64,000 bases of DNA from an uncultured Pirellulales bacterium. GTDB taxonomy: Bacteria; Planctomycetota; Phycisphaerae; Sedimentisphaerales; Anaerobacaceae. The DNA lies in contig CAZEPI010000011.1 in assembly GCA_964514115.1 (NCBI GenBank), positions 7,443-71,442 on the forward strand, written 5' to 3'. The number at the start of each line of letters is the position of its first letter. Position 1 is the first letter of the stretch. The position numbers and the translations under genes were made by a program. A model generated the notes under the pieces. It saw only the letters and a list, made by a program, of their open reading frames with translations, made no database searches and had not been told where the DNA came from. Below, one piece after another: positions 8,267 through 16,207 of the stretch.

Positions 8267-10039
8267 TTACTGCCCTTTCACACTCATCCTGAGGCGGTAC
8301 AACGAGTTCTCAGCCGTTATGAAGAGCGTGTCGTTATTGCTCCCACCGAAGCAGACATTTGCGGTCCAGCCGGCCGGCACTGCAATCTGCTCAATCTTAT
8401 TGCCGTCCGAATCAAATACCGTCACGCCGGCTCCGGTCAGGTACACATTGCCCCTTTCATCCAATGTCACTCCATCAGAGCCCATTGAGGCGAACAGCTT
8501 CTTATCGGAAAGTGTCCCGTCGTCGTTTACCGTGTAAGCGTATGTTTTCCGGCCTCCCTGGTCGGCGACGTAAAGCGTCTTGCCATCAGCGGTCCCAATT
8601 ACACCATTGGGTCTGACCATATCGTCGATCACGCACAGAAGCTCACCACCTTGCGGCGGCAGGTAAAAAACATATTCGCCCGCCAGCTCCATATCGTCTC
8701 GCTTCTGGCCGTACCTCGGGTCCGTAAAATAAATGCCGCCCTTCGCATCGCGCCAAAGGTCATTCGGGCTGTTGAGCTTTTTGCCCTTATAGTTGTCGGC
8801 AAGAACGGTCACGTTTCCCTGCGGGTCAATCTTCACAATTCGCCGATTGCCTCCCTCACATACATAGAGATTTCCCTCGGCGTCGAAGCACAGCCCGTTC
8901 GCGCCGCCCGAATTCTCGCGGAAGGTTGACAGGGCTCCACTAATCGACCAGACGTGAATCCGATTGTTGGGTATGTCGGTGAAATATACATTGCCTTTGG
9001 CGTCTGCTGCAGGTCCTTCGGTGAACGCGAAACCGTCGGTTAGCTTCTCAACTTCTGCACCGGGTGCTATCAGCGACTTGGTATGCGGCGGGACCCAGGC
9101 GGCGCCTTTAGTGTTTGTCTTGATTGCGTACAAGGCGTCCGAGGCGGTGATGAAAAGCGTGTCGAAGTTTGCGCCGCCGAAGCACACATTCGCCGTCCAT
9201 CGCTCATCGATTTCAATGTGGTCGATTTGCTTTCCATCCTTATCGAATACCGTTACGCCCCTGCCTGTCAGATAGATATTGCCCCGGTCGTCGATTGTCA
9301 TACCATCCGAGCCCATTTCACAGAACAGCTTCTTGTTCGAGAGCGTGCCGTCTTCGTTTATGGTGTAAACGTACGTTTTACCTGCTCGAATATCGGCGAC
9401 GTAGAGCAGCTTGCCGTCGGGTGTTCCGATTATTCCGTTCGGCTGCTCGAGGTCCTCGGTGACTCGAATAACCGTCTGGCGGTCCGGTTTGAGGTAGTAA
9501 ACGTGCTGGCCGTCCTGCTCCATCTCACCTCGGTCCCAGTAGTCGCGCTTGTAGAACGGGTCGGTGAAATATATGCCGCCCTTCGGGTCCCGCCACAAGT
9601 CGTTCGGTGCGTTTAGCTTCTTTCCTTTGTAGCTGTCAACCAGCACAGTCATCTTTCCGTTTTTGTCGAACGAGACGAGCTTGTTGTATAAATCTGCACA
9701 CGCCAGGAGGGAGCCGTCCGCGTCGAAATACAGTCCGTTCGACCGCTCGCATCCGTCGAGGAAGACAGACAGTTTTCCGTCGGTTGACCATAGGTAAATC
9801 TTGTCGTTCGGCTGGTCCGTAAAATAGACATTGCCTTCTGAATCTGCCGCCGGCCCTTCGGTGAATGTGAAGACCTCGGCTAACTTCTCGACCTCTGCGC
9901 CCGAAGCGACGACCGCGTGTTCGTGTTTGGCAGGTGGCTCACCTTCGGCTGGGCTGTCTTGCGATGCGGGTGACATACAGCAGACCACGCCCAATACCCC
10001 TGCCAGAAACAAACGCAAACCAAATCCTGAAGTCCTCAT
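8267..10039 (-). CDS. tandem-duplicated SMP-30/gluconolactonase/LRE-like beta-propeller protein
   Basis: Two homologous halves begin GAEVEKLAEVFTFTEGPAADSEGNVYFTD and GAEVEKLTDGFAFTEGPAADAKGNVYFTD. Both contain KGKKLN[AS]PNDLWRD.KGGIYFTDP. The start is placed at ATG 10039 (MRTSGFGLRLFLAGVLGVVCC signal) rather than at 10123. Confidence 0.85.
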   Translation of the reverse strand: MRTSGFGLRLFLAGVLGVVCCMSPASQDSPAEGEPPAKHEHAVVASGAEVEKLAEVFTFTEGPAADSEGNVYFTDQPNDKIYLWSTDGKLSVFLDGCERSNGLYFDADGSLLACADLYNKLVSFDKNGKMTVLVDSYKGKKLNAPNDLWRDPKGGIYFTDPFYKRDYWDRGEMEQDGQHVYYLKPDRQTVIRVTEDLEQPNGIIGTPDGKLLYVADIRAGKTYVYTINEDGTLSNKKLFCEMGSDGMTIDDRGNIYLTGRGVTVFDKDGKQIDHIEIDERWTANVCFGGANFDTLFITASDALYAIKTNTKGAAWVPPHTKSLIAPGAEVEKLTDGFAFTEGPAADAKGNVYFTDIPNNRIHVWSISGALSTFRENSGGANGLCFDAEGNLYVCEGGNRRIVKIDPQGNVTVLADNYKGKKLNSPNDLWRDAKGGIYFTDPRYGQKRDDMELAGEYVFYLPPQGGELLCVIDDMVRPNGVIGTADGKTLYVADQGGRKTYAYTVNDDGTLSDKKLFASMGSDGVTLDERGNVYLTGAGVTVFDSDGNKIEQIAVPAGWTANVCFGGSNNDTLFITAENSLYRLRMSVKGQ

Positions 10040-10168
10040 TTTCTTACCCCTTTTTATAGACCATTTGGACCGAAACCTTCTCAGGAACACGATACCGTCG
10101 ATGCCCCGCGCAGTAAAGCGCAAAGGCCGGACCAGAATAGTAGGAATTGGGACTCGTTCGGCTCGATG

Positions 10169-12646
10169 TTACTGTTCCTGTTTCAACGGCCTTTTTCTCG
10201 CCCCCGGCGTTTCAAGAGGCGGCAGTCTTTTCTTAATTCCTGGAGCGGTTTTGGAGGCCGGCAGGTCCCGGCGCACTTCGTCGATGGATTTGACGTTGCC
10301 CCGGGCCTCGCGCTGCTCGGCCGGGCTGCCAAGGCCGATTACTACAGGGATATCAGCCCCCTCGCCCCGAGATGCTTCGGAGTAAGTCATGCTCAGGTAA
10401 ACATCCAGCTCAACCCCGTCGTCTGGATTAACCAGCACATCGCTGCCGAAATAAGCGGCGAATATGCCGGAATAATCATAGTCGAACAGAAACTCCTGCT
10501 GTTGCGTGTTGCTGTTCCATCGATACCCAACTATTCTGTCGACGTACGGCTCGATAATTATTGCGAGTGTCCCGCCGGGTATGCCGTAGCTGTCATACAG
10601 ATAAGTATCGACAAAATGATAATCATCGGCATACCAGAAACCAATTTCGACAATGGTCGGGGCGCTCGGCGGAGCTAGGTACGACGTGGTGATATACTCG
10701 CTGTTTATGTAGAGGTCGAACTCATCATCCACCTCTTCGCCGGCGTCCCACAGGGTTATTGTGCACCAGATGTAATTAGTCAATTTGAAGGCGTAAGGGT
10801 CGCTTGTATTGCCGTCCACCGTAACAGTTGTGTCAGTCCAGAAGTAATCAACATCATCCGCATCGAAGAACGGCAGCTCTACCGTCAGCCATGTCCCGTT
10901 GACGTCGGCGCTGAGCACGTTGCCATAGACATCCGGATAGACGCCGTTGACATCCTCAAAACGCACCACATTCTCAGCCGGTGTAGCCGAAAAACCCGAA
11001 CCTTCAATCAGCAGCACCGAGCCGGGGCAGCCCATCTCAGGCGTTATGCCGGCGATGGATGGCGGCGGTTCAGGCGGTGCGAATGTGTCAACGGCCATGG
11101 CGTTTGGGTCGTCGGCGTCCGGCTGAGCGGGGTTAGCGTTAATTTGGCCTTTATAGACCAAAATATATTTGCTTATCTGGTGTCCCTGTGACGGGGTCGG
11201 CTTGGTGAATTGCCCCGTTACGGATTGTCCATAGCCGAGTGTGCTCGCCGGATTCCATCCGGGGACGGTAAATCCGGCCACCTGCGCTCTGGCGCCTTCT
11301 TCATCGTCCCGGTAAAGCTCGAATGAGCCGCCTTTTAACGTTTGCGGTACGCCCGAGTTATTCGAGTCGTTGGTGATAGTAAGCTCTATCTGGTTACAAT
11401 CCGGGCTAACGCAGCTCGGCTCAACAGATAACCGCCCGCGGAAAAAGTAGTTCAACAGGCCCGTCGCGTGGTCGATGGTTCGCGGGATAGTTATATCGGC
11501 ATAGTCTTCAAATACATTCACATCGTCCGTAGTAATCGTGCTGTCGATTACAGGAACGTAGGTATAACCAAAGCCGGCCGCTACATAGCGGGTGTATGAA
11601 TCACGCGCAAGATGCGATACTCCATAGTTTGAGCCGTTGAAGAACGTTTTATTGCCTTCTTTTTGTATTGTTGTGTGGTCCTCAGCCGGGTGGGGAAACT
11701 GGTATTTGACGCCGGAGCAGCCGAAGACCGTGCTAAACGATAGAAACTGATAATTCGTGCATTCGGATAGTCCCCACAGACCTTCCGGCGGGGTAATCCC
11801 GTCACCGAGATAACCGCCCGTATATACATTTGCATCGAAATACTTTGCCAATTTGTCGAAGACAACAGGCCCGGCCCCCAACCAGGAACACTGCCCGTTG
11901 CTGTCTTCAACCTGCTCCTCAACCCAACCCTCAAAGGGATTGCCGTAATTATGCCAAGATCGATAATGGCCGAAAAGAAAGTCATTTCTCGCGTGAGCAG
12001 GGACACCCAAATCCTCTACAAGATGGATAACCTGCCCGAGATCAACAAATGCAATAGCCATGCACGCTTCTCGATAACTCTGGCTACTCGATATTAACCC
12101 AAGATAGAATCCCTGTCTTGCATAATCCCAAGTTTGTTCGTTGATCGTCGGTTCTTTTTGCGCAATTCCTTGTATTGCCCAAGTTAGACTTGATGTCCCT
12201 GTGAAATCGAAGCCGCTCCAACTTGAAGCATATAATCTCCATTCTGGGTGGTCTGTTTGATTATCTAATCCGGAATTCCTTATCGGATCGTGGAAATGAT
12301 GCCGTGGTCGAATTGGTTTCCATCTACCATCCTCATCTTCAATTGTACTCCCGGCCCCTAACCAATCCAACACACTCCTGGTCGTTATCTCAGGATTAGC
12401 CTGACCTTTCGAAAGCCGTTCTCTTACATCCTCGGGAAAATCCCAGTGGAGTTGAGTGCTAAGTCCCTGACTAAAACCGAGCTGTGTTTTTAAATAATTG
12501 TCTATTTGAGCCGCGTCGCTATTGCCTGCCCTTTTTGTTATTGCGGGATGAGTCGACTTGTTTCCCCAGGCGTATGAATCTTCGATCGAACCCATGAGAA
12601 CAACCAAAAAGAGCAAAGTGTAAATAATTGATTTTTTCATCTCCAT
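10169..12646 (-). CDS. secreted zinc phospholipase C / P1-nuclease-fold protein with IPT/TIG-like domain and long unknown C-terminal region
   Basis: The signal peptide ends SYA|WGNKSTHPAI, giving a mature N-terminal Trp followed by His as in PLC/P1. Other motifs: RPRHHFHDP and HLVEDLGVPAH (H-x3-D-x5-H spacing, as in the P1/PLC metal site). An IPT/TIG-like segment reads GSVLLIEGSGFSATPAENVVRFE. The 5' third is lower in GC than the 3' part. Confidence 0.7.
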   Translation of the reverse strand: MEMKKSIIYTLLFLVVLMGSIEDSYAWGNKSTHPAITKRAGNSDAAQIDNYLKTQLGFSQGLSTQLHWDFPEDVRERLSKGQANPEITTRSVLDWLGAGSTIEDEDGRWKPIRPRHHFHDPIRNSGLDNQTDHPEWRLYASSWSGFDFTGTSSLTWAIQGIAQKEPTINEQTWDYARQGFYLGLISSSQSYREACMAIAFVDLGQVIHLVEDLGVPAHARNDFLFGHYRSWHNYGNPFEGWVEEQVEDSNGQCSWLGAGPVVFDKLAKYFDANVYTGGYLGDGITPPEGLWGLSECTNYQFLSFSTVFGCSGVKYQFPHPAEDHTTIQKEGNKTFFNGSNYGVSHLARDSYTRYVAAGFGYTYVPVIDSTITTDDVNVFEDYADITIPRTIDHATGLLNYFFRGRLSVEPSCVSPDCNQIELTITNDSNNSGVPQTLKGGSFELYRDDEEGARAQVAGFTVPGWNPASTLGYGQSVTGQFTKPTPSQGHQISKYILVYKGQINANPAQPDADDPNAMAVDTFAPPEPPPSIAGITPEMGCPGSVLLIEGSGFSATPAENVVRFEDVNGVYPDVYGNVLSADVNGTWLTVELPFFDADDVDYFWTDTTVTVDGNTSDPYAFKLTNYIWCTITLWDAGEEVDDEFDLYINSEYITTSYLAPPSAPTIVEIGFWYADDYHFVDTYLYDSYGIPGGTLAIIIEPYVDRIVGYRWNSNTQQQEFLFDYDYSGIFAAYFGSDVLVNPDDGVELDVYLSMTYSEASRGEGADIPVVIGLGSPAEQREARGNVKSIDEVRRDLPASKTAPGIKKRLPPLETPGARKRPLKQEQ

Positions 12647-12686
12647 GATTCCTCAATAACAAGCTTAATTAAACCAAGAATTTCAA

Positions 12687-13055
12687 CTACGCCATCATAT
12701 GATGCCACATATTTATTAAGTAAATATCCGTCATAACCACAGCAGATAAAACAAGAATCAATAACGTTAATATTATTTTGGCCACCCTACCCCCAACAGG
12801 CAATATACTCATAATCATTATCCATAATAAATCACATCCCAATATTACAATGTGGGGCATTAGTTCTGAATCAAACATGTAAACCAAGTACCTGTGAGGG
12901 TAATTGTATTCGGTGCGTATCACAAGAAAGCACAATGCCAGATACAATATCGGGGCTGCTATTACCATAAGCAGGATTTGCCAACGATGCAGTCTTTGTT
13001 GCTCTTTCTTGCTGTCCATTGCTTTACTCCTAATATTCTTGCTCAAAAGTTGCAT
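12687..13055 (-). CDS. small polytopic membrane protein, unknown function
   Basis: 122 aa with about 3 hydrophobic helices. Very AT-rich: 60-nt lines at 12661 and 12721 counted by hand at 30% and 27% GC. Its start overlaps the stop of 13043..13954 by 13 nt. Confidence 0.5.
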   Translation of the reverse strand: MQLLSKNIRSKAMDSKKEQQRLHRWQILLMVIAAPILYLALCFLVIRTEYNYPHRYLVYMFDSELMPHIVILGCDLLWIMIMSILPVGGRVAKIILTLLILVLSAVVMTDIYLINMWHHMMA

Positions 13056-13954
13056 GTCCTCGAGTCTTTGTCGCCGCCTCTTGCAGAAATAACAGGGAAA
13101 CTATAAATTACAGTAGTATATTGCTGAGTTGTCTCGCAAATCACCCCATCTTCAACCTGCTCCTCAACCCAATCCTCGAATCGGTTGCCCCAATCCTTCC
13201 ATATTTTTGGTCCTGTTGATTTCATATGACCATATACAAAGTCGTTCCTCGTATGGGCAGGCACGCCCATATCCTCAAGCAGATGAACCGTATGTCCTAA
13301 TGATATAAATGCAAGTGCAAGATAGTGTTCTCTCTCTGCAGGGTTTGATTTGGTCAAAGACCTGTAGAAGTAAACCTTTGTATCCGGCCAGGCGAAGTAG
13401 TTTTCATATTCTGTCTCCCACACAGCGCCCTCTGTCCCTAATGCTCTTTTTTGTGCCGATGCGCCGGTCAAGTCGAAATGAAGCTTATATTTTCTCCACG
13501 TATACCAATCAACAACTACTGCCCAGTTCGGATGGTCTGTCTTATTATCCAAACCGGCATTTGGATTTGGCGGCGAAACACCCGGATTTGCTATTGGCGC
13601 ATGAAAATGATGTCTTGCCCTTGGAACAGGGACATCTTCGAGGTTTGCTCCTGCCTTCAGGAAATCCAAGATTGCGCAGGGGTTGGCTGGCAACTCCGGG
13701 TTAATTCTGGTTTCAAACTGTTCCGTTGGAATCCTTTCTGGTGCTGGAACAACCGACTGGTCTAACAGTAACATTACCCCCAAGCCCTGATTAAGCCCGA
13801 GTTCGTTCTTCAGAAACGAATCTGCGTATGAGTCTTGGGCTGCCTTTTCAGAAATCGCCTTATGGGTCTTGTTTGCAAACCCCTTCGCAACAGAACAAAG
13901 GCCCGACAACGTCATAGTAATTGTAATCAATGAAATGATTGGATTTATTTTCAT
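13043..13954 (-). CDS. short paralog of the PLC/P1-nuclease-fold catalytic domain (secreted)
   Basis: Signal peptide, then FANKTHKAI. Motifs RARHHFHAP and HLLEDMGVPAHTRNDF. Homology to 10169..12646 ends right after WVEEQVED, followed by a short unrelated tail. Confidence 0.65.
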   Translation of the reverse strand: MKINPIISLITITMTLSGLCSVAKGFANKTHKAISEKAAQDSYADSFLKNELGLNQGLGVMLLLDQSVVPAPERIPTEQFETRINPELPANPCAILDFLKAGANLEDVPVPRARHHFHAPIANPGVSPPNPNAGLDNKTDHPNWAVVVDWYTWRKYKLHFDLTGASAQKRALGTEGAVWETEYENYFAWPDTKVYFYRSLTKSNPAEREHYLALAFISLGHTVHLLEDMGVPAHTRNDFVYGHMKSTGPKIWKDWGNRFEDWVEEQVEDGVICETTQQYTTVIYSFPVISARGGDKDSRTCNF

Positions 13955-13965
13955 TGCTCAACCTC

Positions 13966-14280
13966 CTAAGGGGTTAAATGTGAGATAAAATATATGCCAG
14001 CTAACCATATTAAGTCATATACGAGCATTAATATAGAACACGCTATGACAAATACCCGTACTACTCGGGTGTAAGGTTTCCATAATATGGTCAGCGTTAA
14101 TGAGGCATCCAAAAAAATAATTGCAGGCAACCAGCCCCAGCGAGTCAATCCAATATCAAATAGAAATCCAGCGAAAGAACCTTCGTGCAAAAAATCAAAC
14201 AACAAAGATAGGGCGTTTATTATTATCGCTCCCCACAAAAGAATTGAAACTACTGTCCGCTTGCTTCTTTCCGAAGGCAT
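13966..14280 (-). CDS. small 3-TM membrane protein (paralog of 14314..14613)
   Basis: Shares RWGWLPA / YWGWVPA, WKPY / WKPW and FISHLTP / FISQLGP with its neighbour. AT-rich. Confidence 0.55.
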   Translation of the reverse strand: MPSERSKRTVVSILLWGAIIINALSLLFDFLHEGSFAGFLFDIGLTRWGWLPAIIFLDASLTLTILWKPYTRVVRVFVIACSILMLVYDLIWLAGIYFISHLTP

Positions 14281-14313
14281 AAATATATTCTCCTTGAACC
14301 GATGCTAAATCTC

Positions 14314-14613
14314 CTAAGGGCCCAATTGTGAAATAAAAAAGAAAATAAACCAAAAGCCCGCAAACATTAACGATATTATTAAAAGAAACAAAATGACTCC
14401 GCGGAGTGTTTCATTCCATGGTTTCCAGCATAATGCGCCTGCTATAGCAGCTAAAGGCAGAATAAATGCAGGAACCCAACCCCAATAAGATACCTGAATT
14501 CTCTCCAGTATTGCGTCAAGAGATCTGAGCGGCAATACTACTATCATGTCTAATACAAGTGAAATCAAGGCCAAGGTTAGAACTGTTATCTTCTTTTTTC
14601 TTTCGGGAAGCAT
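14314..14613 (-). CDS. small 3-TM membrane protein (paralog of 13966..14280)
   Basis: Carries the same conserved motifs as 13966..14280, in tandem arrangement 33 nt apart. Confidence 0.55.
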   Translation of the reverse strand: MLPERKKKITVLTLALISLVLDMIVVLPLRSLDAILERIQVSYWGWVPAFILPLAAIAGALCWKPWNETLRGVILFLLIISLMFAGFWFIFFFISQLGP

Positions 14614-14652
14614 TGTTTATTCTCTCCCTGAAATTGATTTCTCGCGGCATCG

Positions 14653-15738
14653 CTAAAAATTAAGAAGCCGCCAGTTTCCGTCTTCATCTCTTATGAAGAA
14701 GACGGGGAAGCTATAAGTCTCGCTGCCGTCCTGATGGAGCATTTCGTATATAACTTCGCCATTCCTTTGCCGCTCGAACGTCAGCGCGCCCATACCTGCT
14801 GCGAAATCGGGAAGGTTGGGCTCAATTATCGCGAAAATCTCGTCGTATTTTTCCCTCGAAATCTCCGTGACATAAGTAAGGGCCTCGTTCACATCACCAG
14901 CCGTCAGGGCCGTCTTGAACATCCCGAAGACATCCACCGGATGCGGGCCGTTCAGCCAGAAATAAGCAAAGATTTCCAAATCGTTGATGTCAACCGCTCC
15001 GCTGTCGTCGAAATCGCCGCCAAGACCGCTGCCTGACTCTCGCCAGTTACCGGCGAACAAAGCAAAATCAGCAAAGTTCACTATAGCATCGCCGTTTAAG
15101 TTGGGATAAAAATCAGGCTCCGGAAAGCCGTCAAGCCCGCTTGCTCTGCCGCCAGAGCCGGCTGCAAGATAATCCTTCTCAGGGCCGCTGTCCTGTGAAA
15201 CGAAAATCTTCTGTTCTGTCTGTGGCGGACTCGGCGGTCGGCTGAGGACCTCAAAGTTTATCCCGATTACGGTAGTAATGTCCGTATCGGCGCAATAAAA
15301 CAGAACCAGCTTATAGACGCTTGACCCCGCCGATACAACCGTCCCGTCGATAACCATATCCCGCACAGCTACTAACATTATCTCACCGACATGCGGGTCC
15401 GGGCCAAACAAGAACCGATACGCCGGCACCGGTTCATCGACAGAGCTATTCGGCTCAGCCAATAGCTCAAGCACTCCTTCGCCTTCACATACTACCGAAT
15501 AGGTCTGCTCGTTTACTTCAGCCCCAGCCACCCTTATTATAAGCTCGTCTTCGCCCTGTATTATGAGCGGCTCTGCCGCACTAAGACCGTTGACCGTCAA
15601 TATCGGCGTTGCACCATCGGCTGCCCGTGTCCCTGCCGACGACACCGTCATCATAAGGATTAAACGAATGCTAACCACCAACAGTGATATGGAAGCCGAT
15701 TTCTTGTCCATTATCCACCTCTCGTGTGAAAAGTCCAT
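14653..15738 (-). CDS. secreted/anchored protein with dockerin-like EF-hand repeats and a C-terminal NTF2-like region
   Basis: N-terminal hydrophobic anchor. Dockerin-type repeats NLNGDAIVNFADFALFAGNW and GDFDDSGAVDINDLEIFAYFW. The C-terminal fold is a guess. Confidence 0.6.
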   Translation of the reverse strand: MDFSHERWIMDKKSASISLLVVSIRLILMMTVSSAGTRAADGATPILTVNGLSAAEPLIIQGEDELIIRVAGAEVNEQTYSVVCEGEGVLELLAEPNSSVDEPVPAYRFLFGPDPHVGEIMLVAVRDMVIDGTVVSAGSSVYKLVLFYCADTDITTVIGINFEVLSRPPSPPQTEQKIFVSQDSGPEKDYLAAGSGGRASGLDGFPEPDFYPNLNGDAIVNFADFALFAGNWRESGSGLGGDFDDSGAVDINDLEIFAYFWLNGPHPVDVFGMFKTALTAGDVNEALTYVTEISREKYDEIFAIIEPNLPDFAAGMGALTFERQRNGEVIYEMLHQDGSETYSFPVFFIRDEDGNWRLLNF

Positions 15739-16074
15739 TCCCCGTAGCCGTTTTGTGCGCAGACGGCCACCACCTGTCTACTGAACGCTGTCCGCTGAAC
15801 GCTCTTCCTGATGTGCGGGTGTGAGCCGCTTTCATTATTGCTCCCTATTTTCCTTCGCAAAACATGACTTCAGAGTATGTATATACCCCCCCCCAATGTC
15901 AACAAAAAAATTAAAATATTGAAAAAAATTTCGAGCCGATTCAGAAACGCCCCCAAACCACCCCATTTGCCCTCACCCACAGGTATCCCGCAGCCCGCCG
16001 TGTGCCTTGACCGCGATACACCTAAACCTGTGCAATTAGCGACAATCGTATGTAAGTGTTGCCGGATTAAGGGC

Positions 16075-16104
16075 TTGACAAAGCCGGAGCGAAAATCGTA
16101 TGAT
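16075..16104 (+). promoter_or_regulatory. sigma70-like promoter for fhs-folD
   Basis: TTGACA (16075-16080), an 18-nt spacer, then TATGAT (16099-16104), about 100 nt upstream of the fhs ATG. Confidence 0.5.
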
Positions 16105-16207
16105 TTTTGTTTCGCTTCAAGTTGGACCGTTCGTTTTCTGTAGCAACGGCGGCGGCAAGGGGCGCCGCTCGAGCACAAAACAAAAGTCAATTGTGGGAAA
16201 TCGAAGA

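Noticed and set aside
16105-16207. A possible THF or other riboswitch in the roughly 100-nt leader of fhs-folD.
   Set aside because: I could not recognise any conserved THF-riboswitch core or a convincing terminator/antiterminator pair by eye. A covariance-model scan (Rfam THF, THF-II) would be decisive, so no claim is made.
16100-16207. A longer fhs ORF starting at ATG 16100.
   Set aside because: That ATG lies inside the predicted -10 element. The extra 36 residues (MIFVSLQVGPFVFCSNGGGKGRRSS...) do not resemble FTHFS. Homology begins at MKLDPLTMKDW (16208).
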